Below the pieces are notes generated by a model. The model was not told the origin of the DNA. It ran no database searches and saw nothing but the letters and a program-made list of their open reading frames with translations. Positions 41,536-51,073 of a DNA stretch of 64,000 nt are shown one piece after another; position 1 is the first letter of the stretch; each line of letters begins with the position of its first letter. Origin of the DNA: Spirochaetota bacterium (GTDB taxonomy: Bacteria; Spirochaetota; Brachyspiria; Brachyspirales; JACRPF01). Where the stretch lies: contig JACRPF010000017.1 in NCBI GenBank assembly GCA_016214035.1, positions 23,427 to 87,426 on the forward strand. Direction: 5' to 3'. A program made the translations under genes and the position numbers.

Positions 41536-42444
41536 TCAATTGCCGCCGATATCATCCGCGCGAAAACGTTTCACCGTGCTGCAATAGGCATGCGGTGTCG
41601 TATGCATCACGCTCTTGAATACACGAATGAAATGTGACGCATCGAAAAAACCGAACATATGCGCTGTTTCAGTCACCGGAACACCTTCCAGAAGCGCCGG
41701 ACAGCTTCGCATGATCTTCCGGCGTAAAAGATAATCTGAAAGCGTTGTACCTGTCTTTTCATGAAAGTATGCCGACGCATACGCCGGGGTGAACCCGAGC
41801 GCACTGTTCACCGCCCGTACGATAACACCCGACGCCGCGGTACAATTCTTTTCCACCGCATCGAGCGAATTGAAAAGCCGGCGATCCGCGGTTATTTCCT
41901 CAAAATCAGGAAGCACCTGTTTATGCGCCGATGCGAGCGCAAGCATAAGCGCAAGAAATGCGTGTTTCACGAACGATTCCGCGTAGATATCCCTCGGGGC
42001 ATGTTCGATTACGGCAAGGAGGGACCGCACCGTACGCTGATGGTCCGCCGGCAGCCTGAAACACAATGGGTCTGCCCGGTTAAATAGAAAATGATGAAAG
42101 AACATGCCGGTGACACGAGGCAACGCGAACAGCGACCGCATATCGTCGGTAAATAGCTCGGGCAGATAATAGATATTGCAGACATCCCATCTGCCGGCGG
42201 AATCGATATCATGCGTTTCACCCGGCGCTATCACATAGACGCTGCCGGGACGTATGACCTCACGTACGCCATTCGTCCGGTGAACGGCTGATCCGCGAAG
42301 CGTAATACCGATCTCATAAAAGGTATGTGCGTGTGCGGCAACGTTTTTTTTTCCGGTGAATGACAGCCGCTCTATACGAAGGGGTATATACGCGCTTACG
42401 CGAACATGCTCATTGCCGATGGTGTTGCCCTTTACGGAACTCAT
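41536..42444 (-). CDS. AraC-family transcriptional regulator
   Basis: HAHTFYEI cupin; FGFFDASHFIRVFKSVMHTTP. Confidence 0.9.
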   Translation of the reverse strand: MSSVKGNTIGNEHVRVSAYIPLRIERLSFTGKKNVAAHAHTFYEIGITLRGSAVHRTNGVREVIRPGSVYVIAPGETHDIDSAGRWDVCNIYYLPELFTDDMRSLFALPRVTGMFFHHFLFNRADPLCFRLPADHQRTVRSLLAVIEHAPRDIYAESFVKHAFLALMLALASAHKQVLPDFEEITADRRLFNSLDAVEKNCTAASGVIVRAVNSALGFTPAYASAYFHEKTGTTLSDYLLRRKIMRSCPALLEGVPVTETAHMFGFFDASHFIRVFKSVMHTTPHAYCSTVKRFRADDIGGN

Positions 42445-42555
42445 CATCCCATTGTACCAGCTCCGTAATAAAATACAATTATTTCCCAAGGAGATGCAAG
42501 CTATTGGGCACCTTCATGTATATATTTATAGCATCTTGAGCTTAGGAGCATTCAC

Positions 42556-43692
42556 ATGTTTACCAGAGCGGCAATGAACGGACGAGAGCGTTTTCTGAAC
42601 GTCATGGAATATAAGCCCGCCGATAGGGTTCCGAATTATGAAGCAGGCGTCTGGGGACAGACCATAGACCGCTGGGAAGCGGAAGGTCTTTCCCGCCTTG
42701 ACGTTCACTGGGACTGGTTTACCGGCGATGAGCAGTTCGGCATGGATGCGCGCGAATTCATTCCCGTCCACTTCGATATGATGCCGGGATTCGAGTCAAA
42801 GATAATTGAACGCACCGAACGATATGAGATATTCCGTGACGGCAAAGGCATCACCCGTAAAGCGCTCATCGAAGGCGCCGCAGGCGGCACACGAGCCTCA
42901 ATGGACGAATTCATCGATTTCCCGGTAAAAAGCCATGATGACTTTCGCGCACTCAAATACCGTTACGAGATGCACGCCACGCGATATCCGGCACAATGGG
43001 AATCAATAATGCTCCCGCGTTGGAAAAACCGGGATATACCGCTGATACTCGGCAGGAACTGTCAGATGCTCGGTTTCTACTGGCGCGCCCGTGAATGGCT
43101 CGGTACCGAGAACCTCTGCTATGCGTGGTACGACATGCCCGAGCTCATGCATGAGATGATGGCATTCATCGCCGATTTCACCATGATGATTGCCGCTCCC
43201 GTGCTCGCGAAAACCGACGTCGATTATGTGATGATCAACGAAGACATGTCGATGAAGGGCGGCCCCCTTCTCTCTCCCGACACCTACCGCGAGTTCATCT
43301 TCCCGCACATGAAGCGGCTCGTCGACTGGCTCAAGAAAAACGGCGTGCGCTATGTCGCCGTTGACACCGACGGCAACTGCGAGGCGCTTATACCGCTGCT
43401 TCTTGAGGCCGGCGTCGAGGCGATATGGCCGCTCGAACGGGCATCCGACATGGACCCGGTACGCATCCGAAAGAAATTCGGCAAAGAGATGCGGCTCTGG
43501 GGCGGTGTTGACAAACGGGAACTTGCAAAGGACAAAAAAGCCATCGACGACCATCTTGCCGCCATGCTTCCGCTCATCGATGAAGGCGGCTTCTTCCCCA
43601 CGGTCGACCATACCGTACCGCCGGACGTATCACTGGAGAATTTCCGCTACTACATGAAGCGCAAGAATGATATGCTGACGGGCAAGTTCTAA
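42556..43692 (+). CDS. Uroporphyrinogen decarboxylase/MtaA-CmuA-like family protein
   Basis: RERFLNVM, EDMSMKGGPLLSP, DTDGN, WGGVDK, DHTVPPDVS. Confidence 0.85.
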   Translation: MFTRAAMNGRERFLNVMEYKPADRVPNYEAGVWGQTIDRWEAEGLSRLDVHWDWFTGDEQFGMDAREFIPVHFDMMPGFESKIIERTERYEIFRDGKGITRKALIEGAAGGTRASMDEFIDFPVKSHDDFRALKYRYEMHATRYPAQWESIMLPRWKNRDIPLILGRNCQMLGFYWRAREWLGTENLCYAWYDMPELMHEMMAFIADFTMMIAAPVLAKTDVDYVMINEDMSMKGGPLLSPDTYREFIFPHMKRLVDWLKKNGVRYVAVDTDGNCEALIPLLLEAGVEAIWPLERASDMDPVRIRKKFGKEMRLWGGVDKRELAKDKKAIDDHLAAMLPLIDEGGFFPTVDHTVPPDVSLENFRYYMKRKNDMLTGKF

Positions 43693-43795
43693 CCGTCACT
43701 ATACGCTCCTCTATTCGAGCCTTACGAACGTTGCTATTTTTCTGAAATATGCTATTATCCGTCTCCGTAACCGCGACCGAGTATTGATCTTTCAC

Positions 43796-43869
43796 GTGCC
43801 TGTAGCTCAGCTGGATAGAGCATCAGATTGCGGTTCTGAGGGTCGGAGGTTCAAATCCTCTTAGGCACG
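43796..43869 (+). tRNA. tRNA-Arg(GCG)
   Basis: Cloverleaf: acceptor gtgcctg/taggcac, anticodon arm tcaga-TTGCGGT-tctga, T-loop ggttcaaatcc; CCA not encoded. Confidence 0.93.
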
Positions 43870-43882
43870 CAGCGTATCGGAA

Positions 43883-43967
43883 GGAGAGTTGTCCGAGTGG
43901 TTTAAGGAGCACGCTTGGAAAGCGTGTGCGCGTAACAGCGCCGTGGGTTCGAATCCCACATTCTCCG
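43883..43967 (+). tRNA. tRNA-Ser(GGA)
   Basis: ggagagt/attctcc acceptor, cacgc-TTGGAAA-gcgtg, long variable arm, ggttcgaatcc. Confidence 0.95.
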
Positions 43968-43969
43968 GA

Positions 43970-44088
43970 ACCCTTATTAACGGTAGGACGTTCACGACGG
44001 ACACCGGTTAATCCGCCAGGGCCGGAAGGCAGCAACGGTACGTCGGCTATGGACGGGCGCTGAGCTCATCTTGCTGTTAGTAAGGGGT
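43970..44088 (+). ncRNA. ffs: Signal recognition particle RNA (4.5S)
   Basis: Domain IV core ccaggGCCGGAAGGCagc; closing stem cccttattaac/gttagtaaggg; typical tRNA-Ser-ffs-dnaX order. Confidence 0.88.
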
Positions 44089-44115
44089 ATTTTTTATCCC
44101 GCCACTGGATACAAC

Positions 44116-45672
44116 ATGTCCTACAAAGTCATCGCACGTAAATACCGCCCCTCAACCTTCGCCGAGGTCATCGGCCAGGAACATATCACCGAAACAATCA
44201 GCAGAAGCATCGCGTCTGGCAAACAGGCGCATGCATATCTTTTCTCAGGACCTCACGGCGTTGGTAAGACATCGCTCGCGCGCATCATCGCCAAGGCGCT
44301 CAACTGCGTCACCGGACCCACCGCCACTCCCTGCGGCACCTGCGATTCGTGCAAACAGATAGCCGACGGAAACCCGCTTGATGTCATCGAGATAGACGGC
44401 GCATCGAACCGCGGCATCGACAATATCCGGGAGATCATCGAAAGCGTGCGCATATCGCCGGCGGCCGGACGTTTCAAGATTTACATCATCGATGAAGTAC
44501 ACCAGATCACCGTTGAGGCGTTCAACGCGCTTCTGAAAACGCTTGAAGAACCGCCCTCGCATGTGGTTTTCATCCTTGCGACAACAGAAGCCGAAAAAGT
44601 GCTCCCGACGATACGAAGCCGCTGTCAGCAGTACCGCTTCAAAACGCTCTCCATAGACGACATTGAACGGATATTGAAAAAGATCCTCGAGAACGAGAAA
44701 GTGACCTACGAAGAAGAGGCGCTCTTTCTCATCGCACGTCATTCACGCGGGTCGGTACGCGACAGTGAAACGATACTCGAAAAAATGATAGCATACACCG
44801 GCGGAAAGATAACGGCGGCCGATGTCACCGCTGTCGTGGGCAGCAATAATTTCGGACTCGTTCGAAAACTCCTGACCGCCATGCAGGCCGGAGACAATGC
44901 TGCGTATTTCGCGCTCATCGCCGAGATACGCGAAAACGGCATTGATGTGCGCACCTACCTCGCCAATGTCATCGCCTATCTTCGCGTTGCCATGCTCATG
45001 AAAGCGGGCATCAACGACGTACGCGTACTTGAAGTCCCGGCTGCTGAACGTGACGAACTCGCGGCATTCGTCGACTCGTATGATGAACGCGAACTTGAAA
45101 ACATCGTTGATTATACACTTGATCTTGATTATAAAGTACGTAACGCCACAGACCCGCTCCTGATATTCGAACTTCGCGGCCTGAAACTCCTCGATGTTAC
45201 CGACCTTATACGGCCTGCGGATCTCCTGAGAACGGCACCGGTACGTACCGCGGCACCCGCACAATCTCCGGCAGCCGAGCATGCAGCAGCATCGGCACCC
45301 TCGGCAGCACGCCCTGCAGAAACACAGCGCGCAAGTGTTTCCGGCGACGACAGTAAGGCCATATTCTTTAAAAAAGTGCTTGCCTCGGTAAATCGCATCA
45401 GCCCCGCGGTATTCAGTTATATATCGCAGGGAAACCCCATAGGCAAGGAAGGCGCAACGCTTATCGTGGCGCTGCCGTCAAATATCATCAATCTCACGGA
45501 AGAGGATAAACGCACGAAAGACGTTATCCGAGAGGCGATTGCCGAGAATACGACGCGCAAGGACATAACCATCAAATTCGTTCCGGCGGAGAATGCGCAC
45601 ACTGACCAATTCCAGAAAGTAAAGGAATTCTTCGACGGAAAGGCTATTGATTCAGGTACTAATAACGCATAG
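44116..45672 (+). CDS. dnaX: DNA polymerase III gamma/tau subunit
   Basis: ARKYRP, GPHGVGKTS, PCGTCDSC, EIDGAS, IIDEVH, SRCQ. Confidence 0.96.
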   Translation: MSYKVIARKYRPSTFAEVIGQEHITETISRSIASGKQAHAYLFSGPHGVGKTSLARIIAKALNCVTGPTATPCGTCDSCKQIADGNPLDVIEIDGASNRGIDNIREIIESVRISPAAGRFKIYIIDEVHQITVEAFNALLKTLEEPPSHVVFILATTEAEKVLPTIRSRCQQYRFKTLSIDDIERILKKILENEKVTYEEEALFLIARHSRGSVRDSETILEKMIAYTGGKITAADVTAVVGSNNFGLVRKLLTAMQAGDNAAYFALIAEIRENGIDVRTYLANVIAYLRVAMLMKAGINDVRVLEVPAAERDELAAFVDSYDERELENIVDYTLDLDYKVRNATDPLLIFELRGLKLLDVTDLIRPADLLRTAPVRTAAPAQSPAAEHAAASAPSAARPAETQRASVSGDDSKAIFFKKVLASVNRISPAVFSYISQGNPIGKEGATLIVALPSNIINLTEEDKRTKDVIREAIAENTTRKDITIKFVPAENAHTDQFQKVKEFFDGKAIDSGTNNA

Positions 45673-45765
45673 CGCGGGACCGTTATTTATCACTCAAGTT
45701 ATTCCCGATTGTGCCGATAATAGAAAATGATTTGTAACTCCCTTCCAAAGTATGTTATCAGTCGA

Positions 45766-45797
45766 GACAAGCGCCCCTATCGGGGCGTTTGTCTTTT
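45766..45797. terminator. Intrinsic terminator downstream of dnaX
   Basis: gacaagcgcccc-tatc-ggggcgtttgtc-tttt. Confidence 0.65.
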
Positions 45798-46454
45798 GTT
45801 GGGATATAAGCACAACGCTGACCGCAGAGGACATTCGACGCATTTCGGCACCGTGCGGCAGAACGCTTTACAATGCACGACAATCTGGGCATGAAAATCG
45901 TTATACACCGCCCGCGACACCGGCACGCGTTCAATACAAAAACGCTGCAGCGTATCGTATGAAGCATCTTCCGCAGTCAGTCCCAGCCGGAACAAAAGTC
46001 GGCGCGTATAGGCGTCGATAACGAACGCCGGTTTATCAAGCGCGTAACAGAGTATCGAATCCGCCGTTTCCGGACCTATGCCCCAGACCCCGAGCAATTC
46101 CCCGCGCAGTTCAGGCATCGACCGTTTCCGAAGCGATTTAATGGAGTATCGATAGGTTTTGAAATATGCGAGGAACGATTTAATCTTCTTCGCTTTCTGC
46201 TTGTAATATCCGGTGGGCCGAACGAGTTTTCCGAGGGCGGCAAGCGGCATCCGCTCAAGAACCAGCGGAGACAGCGCATCGGCGCGTTTGATATTCCCTA
46301 TCGCCGTCTCGACATTGGTCCACGAACAGGATTGTGTAAGAATTGCCCCGATGATTACCTCAAAAGGCGTTTCTCCCGGCCACCAGTGCTGATGCCCGTT
46401 GCGTTTACGCAGAATAGCATAGAACTTTGTCAGCTTATTTTCCGGCATTGTCAA
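45777..46454 (-). CDS. Endonuclease III-domain (HhH-GPD) protein
   Basis: WWPGETPFEVIIGAILTQ, GIGPETADSI, DAYTRR, C-x6-C-x2-C-x5-C. Confidence 0.9.
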   Translation of the reverse strand: MTMPENKLTKFYAILRKRNGHQHWWPGETPFEVIIGAILTQSCSWTNVETAIGNIKRADALSPLVLERMPLAALGKLVRPTGYYKQKAKKIKSFLAYFKTYRYSIKSLRKRSMPELRGELLGVWGIGPETADSILCYALDKPAFVIDAYTRRLLFRLGLTAEDASYDTLQRFCIERVPVSRAVYNDFHAQIVVHCKAFCRTVPKCVECPLRSALCLYPNKRQTPR

Positions 46455-48604
46455 TGAAGCACATACTCTTTAATGTGCAGGCGCGGTTCGATGCTCCCCG
46501 CATACCGGTTTACCCGGAGCGTATAGATGATATCGACAGTCTCGGCTTTTTTCACGGCGTCGATGGTCTCCTCACTGGTGCGCCATATCATGGCGATATG
46601 CGTGACATCGTTCTGCGTGAGCGTAAGCGACAGATGTTTTTTCTCCGTCTTCCCGATGACGGTGACTTCGTCGATGCGAACACGGTCGGTGGCGAAGAGC
46701 GGCTCTTCGTTCTTCTGCCCGTACGGCGCCATCAACTCGACGGTTTCCGCAAGCGACATATCGATATCGGCGAATGACAATGTCATCTCATATGCCGGAA
46801 GCACGCTGCCGGAACCGAAATTGAGCGTTTCGGCGGCTTTCATGCAGAGCTCGCGAAACGCGGTGAAGTTATCGGTTTTGAGCGAGAAACCCGATGCGTT
46901 CGGATGTCCGCCGAATTTAAGCAGTATATCCTGTGCGGATTCTATCATCATGCGGACATTGTCTCCGTTCCTGCTTCGCGAGGAACCGATGCATTCTCCT
47001 GTTGCGGCATTCTCGTAGACAACAACAGACGGGCGGTTATAATCGCTGACCATGCGGCCGGCGATGAGACCGGTAAGCCCCTGCTCGATGCGGTCGCTTT
47101 TCACGATGAGCACCCTGTCGTTCTTCGCATCGGCCTGTACGGCAACCAATTCCTTGACAATACCCAAATCGCGTTCAGTGAGTTCCTTGCGTTTGATATT
47201 AAGCTCATCAACAAGACCCGCGTGCCGCTCGATGTGTTCATCCTCTTCAGCCGTGAGCAAATCGAACGAATGAGACGGTTTTCCCATCCGGCCGGCGGCA
47301 TTGATGAACGGCGCTACCTTCCAGGCGATATTGAGCGCACTTACCGTGGCAGTATCTATGCCGGAACGTTTCAGTATCGCATCGATGCTCCGGTGTTTGT
47401 TCTGCCCCATGCCGGTAAGCCCCGCCTTTACAATGGCCCGATTTTCACCGAGCAGGGGCACCACATCGGCAACGGTCCCCACCGCGATGACCGGAAGATG
47501 TTTTTCAAGATAGGACATCAGGCTCGATTGACTCATGAGAAACAGACGGTTGAAAAGGTCCTTGCGAAGCAAGAGATCGGCATGCGGTCCTTCATAGGGA
47601 GTGAACACATTGGTACCGCAGGCAAGCGCGAATGCACCGAGCGTTGTGAGTTTTTTCACATCGGCCTTAGCATATCGTTTTCCGAGCTCTACGAGGTCAT
47701 AGACGCCTTTCACGGGCGGCGGGTGCACGCCGAACTTATGAAAAACGGCAAGCAGCTTTTTGTATTTCGTCTCGCCGCCGGTAAGCACCGCGTAGGTCTG
47801 CTCGCTGTCAAACATGAACGAGGCAAGTTCTTCGAGCACATCGACAACGGTAAACTCGTCCTCCGCATCGCCCGACCGGTAGCGGCCTTCCGCCGTCCGC
47901 TCGGCTGAAAAAACATCGCCGGCGGTAAAATTACGGACGCGCATGGCGCGTAGTTTCGCCGGAGTCTCGTCATCGGCATACGATGCATCGAGGATGATAA
48001 AGTCGTTGTTATAATAACTTGAGTAAGAGAATACGAGCGCCTGCAGGAGTTTGAATATCACCCCGCAGCCGGAAAGATTCTCAGGAATGCCGCTCCCGGC
48101 GATCTTCGGATTGAATACGGCATACGCAGCCGGAAGCACCGGCGGAACATCATGATGGTCGGTTACGATGATATCCACGCCGCGCTCACGCATGAGGGCG
48201 ACCTCGTCCACATTCGAGATACCGCAGTCGACGGTGATGATGAGCGACACGCCCTGTGCAACATAACCGTCAAGGACGTCGCGGGAAAGTCCATACCCCG
48301 TTTCATGTGTAGGAATGTAGCAGTCGATGTTTTTTGTAATCTTCTTAAGCGTACTGTATGCCGTAGCCGCTGCGGTAATACCATCGGCATCCTTGTCGCC
48401 GTAGATGAGTATCCGTTCATTATGAGCCACTGCCTCGCGTATGCGCTCGATGAACGTTGCAATACCCTTCACCGCGAACGGATTCGAAAGGCTGCAGATA
48501 TCCTGATTGAAAAAATCAAAAATATCTTTATCGGAAGAGATGCCGCGATTCGCCAGAAGCTTTCTCGCTGCGGTGCTGATCGACTCGGGGAGAATGATGG
48601 ACAT
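46451..48604 (-). CDS. recJ: Single-stranded DNA exonuclease RecJ with internal insertion
   Basis: GDKDADG, TVDCG, TDHH, GTVADVVPL, INAAGRM, GGHPNASG. Confidence 0.93.
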   Translation of the reverse strand: MSIILPESISTAARKLLANRGISSDKDIFDFFNQDICSLSNPFAVKGIATFIERIREAVAHNERILIYGDKDADGITAAATAYSTLKKITKNIDCYIPTHETGYGLSRDVLDGYVAQGVSLIITVDCGISNVDEVALMRERGVDIIVTDHHDVPPVLPAAYAVFNPKIAGSGIPENLSGCGVIFKLLQALVFSYSSYYNNDFIILDASYADDETPAKLRAMRVRNFTAGDVFSAERTAEGRYRSGDAEDEFTVVDVLEELASFMFDSEQTYAVLTGGETKYKKLLAVFHKFGVHPPPVKGVYDLVELGKRYAKADVKKLTTLGAFALACGTNVFTPYEGPHADLLLRKDLFNRLFLMSQSSLMSYLEKHLPVIAVGTVADVVPLLGENRAIVKAGLTGMGQNKHRSIDAILKRSGIDTATVSALNIAWKVAPFINAAGRMGKPSHSFDLLTAEEDEHIERHAGLVDELNIKRKELTERDLGIVKELVAVQADAKNDRVLIVKSDRIEQGLTGLIAGRMVSDYNRPSVVVYENAATGECIGSSRSRNGDNVRMMIESAQDILLKFGGHPNASGFSLKTDNFTAFRELCMKAAETLNFGSGSVLPAYEMTLSFADIDMSLAETVELMAPYGQKNEEPLFATDRVRIDEVTVIGKTEKKHLSLTLTQNDVTHIAMIWRTSEETIDAVKKAETVDIIYTLRVNRYAGSIEPRLHIKEYVLH

Positions 48605-48753
48605 GGCTCCTGCCTGTTATGTTAACTGTAAAGCTGCGCGATTATACCACGCAGCGGTGCGGCTGTCAAACTCATCATCGCGCATGAACCGTTTCGGTCT
48701 TTACTTTTTCACCATACATTCATATTATGTGTACGAACAACTGGAGGTGCACT

Positions 48754-49161
48754 ATGTCTCTCATCGACTGGTCCGAAACACTCAGCGTCAGTGTGCGTAC
48801 ATTTGACGAACAGCACAAACGGCTTATCGCCATTGTGAACGAGCTTGCAGACGGCATGCGCGCGCGCAAGGGCAAGGAAACACTTGCCGGCGTCCTGAAA
48901 AACCTTATCGAATACACAAGCGTGCATTTTGCCGCGGAAGAAAAGCTTATGAGCGAACACGGCTACCCGGACTATGCCGCGCACAAACACGAACACGATG
49001 ATCTCGTGGCGAAAGTCCTTGATTTTGAAAAAAAGTATAAGGCAGACACCATACTTCTTTCGGTTGAGCTTATGAATTTCCTCCGCGACTGGCTTACCGG
49101 GCATATTATGAAGACCGATAAAGCATACGCCCCATTTATGAATTCAAAAGGTGTTCAATAG
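48754..49161 (+). CDS. Bacteriohemerythrin
   Basis: W-x4-SV, DEQHKRL, HFAAEE, HKHEH, WLTGHIMKTD. Confidence 0.94.
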   Translation: MSLIDWSETLSVSVRTFDEQHKRLIAIVNELADGMRARKGKETLAGVLKNLIEYTSVHFAAEEKLMSEHGYPDYAAHKHEHDDLVAKVLDFEKKYKADTILLSVELMNFLRDWLTGHIMKTDKAYAPFMNSKGVQ

Positions 49162-49173
49162 AACAACAACCGC

Positions 49174-50010
49174 ATGCCGACATACCAGGAACTCATCACG
49201 CATGCGGCAGAGCGCTTTTCTGAAGGTACGTTCTCGAACATCCGCCTTGAGATCGACATTCTTCTTGCGCATGCCGCGGGAATAACCCGTGAACGGCTCT
49301 ATGCTTCATTACGCGACAGCGCCGGTGATGACGATGCAGCCCGATTCAACACGCTCTGTGAACGACGCCTGAACGGAGAACCGTCGGCATATATCACCGG
49401 CAAAAAAGAGTTCTACGGCGAGACCTATGCCGTCGATCCGAATGTCCTGATACCGCGGCCGGAAACCGAGGAGCTCATCGAACTCTCACTGCCGCGCATT
49501 CCCGCCGGCGCATCCGTACTTGATATCGGCACTGGTTCCGGCTGCATCGCTATTACGCTGAAAAAAATTCTTCCTTCAATAAAAATGAACTCGATTGACA
49601 TAAGCGCCGGGGCTATTGCAGTGGCGAAGCGCAATGCACAATCAATTCTCGGAGCGGACCACGGCATTTCATTCATTATCGGCGATATCTTTACGGTAAC
49701 ACCGGAACCGTTCGACTATATCATTTCCAATCCGCCGTATGTAGCCGACGGCGATATTAACGAGCTGGAAATATCGGTACAGCGGGAACCGCATTCCGCG
49801 CTCCGCGGCGGTCCGACGGGAGTGGAATTTATCGCCCGATTAGCCGATAATATGAATAACATCCTGGCGAAAAACGGCAGTTTTTCTCTTGAAATCGGCG
49901 ATGGGCAGATGCAGCGAATCGTTGCATTATTCACCGCAAAGGGATATACTGTCAGCCAGCATGCCGACTTGAGCGGAAAGTTGCGTTTTGTGACGGGACG
50001 GACACTGTGA
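49174..50010 (+). CDS. prmC: Release factor glutamine methyltransferase
   Basis: GEP-x-AYI, VLIPRPETE, DIGTGSGCI, SNPPY. Confidence 0.95.
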   Translation: MPTYQELITHAAERFSEGTFSNIRLEIDILLAHAAGITRERLYASLRDSAGDDDAARFNTLCERRLNGEPSAYITGKKEFYGETYAVDPNVLIPRPETEELIELSLPRIPAGASVLDIGTGSGCIAITLKKILPSIKMNSIDISAGAIAVAKRNAQSILGADHGISFIIGDIFTVTPEPFDYIISNPPYVADGDINELEISVQREPHSALRGGPTGVEFIARLADNMNNILAKNGSFSLEIGDGQMQRIVALFTAKGYTVSQHADLSGKLRFVTGRTL

Positions 50011-51059
50011 AAATCGATATCGATGACATTAAAAAGATAGAAGGCATTGAGGACTATAAACTCCAGCTGGACATCAAAGACTATACACTTGCCCAGATGT
50101 ATTCACTGAAAGACGGCAAGATACAGAGCAACCGCATACTTACCGTGGCGTATCTGAACGAACTGCTTGAACGGAAATTGCGCTACATCAATGTCATAAT
50201 CCCCAAGGCCATATTGAAGGAACTTCGCGCAAAATATCCTGCGATTTTTCCCAAAGCGCAATATACCGAGACCTTCAGTTCGCTCAAGGCGAAATTCGAC
50301 GTATTCCAGATAATGAACAAGACAAGCAAAAAACAGCGCAGGATGTTTCTTGCTGAAGATATCTATACCTACGAACCCGGTGTTGACAAGTATAATGTCG
50401 TGGCTCCGAACGGCGAAGAAGTCACCGCGGGGCTCATACGGACGCTGGAACAGTTCGGCATCAAAAACGATTTCGCCATCGACTACAACGAGAATGAAAA
50501 GGGCGTTCTTGTGTTCGTCCCGAGCACCAAGAATTTCAAACTCCGCGTCGATATCCTTGCCATCCTGGCGAACGCAGAATACGAGATACTTGACGGCGAA
50601 ACTCCCGCCGAGGCCTATAAGCTCTATCAGGAAAAAGTACCGAAGCTGGTTATTCTCGGCAGTCTTGCCAGCGAATCGCAGGCGAAAGAGATGTTCCTGT
50701 ATCTCGGCGAATACGACCCGTTTGCCAAGGTCCTCAAATACGACGAAAGTCCCTCGGGCAACCGCATCGAGGAATTGCGCAAAATCAAACTGGCGTACGA
50801 GAAGGATTACCGCCTCATCGTTCAGGAACGCGAAGTTGAGGACACACGCCTCAAACAGGTTGAGCGGAAGGAACTCACGCAGGAACAGATGAAACTGCTG
50901 CTCGGCAAAATCAAAAGCATACAGGCGCATGTATCCGTTCCCGAATATGTCGACACGTGGTTTCTGGTCAATCAGCTGAGCAAAACATACGACCTTAAAG
51001 GCATGGAGATCATGCTCAAGCGCATCCGCAAAACCCTGCCGATGTATCAGAACGACTGA
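50007..51059 (+). CDS. Hypothetical protein with pseudo-receiver-like domain
   Basis: 350-aa ORF coupled to prmC (GTGA overlap); receiver-like segment ...AEAYKLYQEKVPKLVILG. Confidence 0.7.
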   Translation: MKIDIDDIKKIEGIEDYKLQLDIKDYTLAQMYSLKDGKIQSNRILTVAYLNELLERKLRYINVIIPKAILKELRAKYPAIFPKAQYTETFSSLKAKFDVFQIMNKTSKKQRRMFLAEDIYTYEPGVDKYNVVAPNGEEVTAGLIRTLEQFGIKNDFAIDYNENEKGVLVFVPSTKNFKLRVDILAILANAEYEILDGETPAEAYKLYQEKVPKLVILGSLASESQAKEMFLYLGEYDPFAKVLKYDESPSGNRIEELRKIKLAYEKDYRLIVQEREVEDTRLKQVERKELTQEQMKLLLGKIKSIQAHVSVPEYVDTWFLVNQLSKTYDLKGMEIMLKRIRKTLPMYQND

Positions 51060-51073
51060 ACGATACGCCCTGC

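Noticed and set aside
45367-45376. TTTAAAAAAG in dnaX as a gamma/tau frameshift site
   Set aside because: The codon phase is TTT AAA AAA GTG, not A AAA AAG; only six A's and no clear stimulatory hairpin.
46904-47908. 334-aa + strand ORF
   Set aside because: Antisense to recJ; no recognisable domain.
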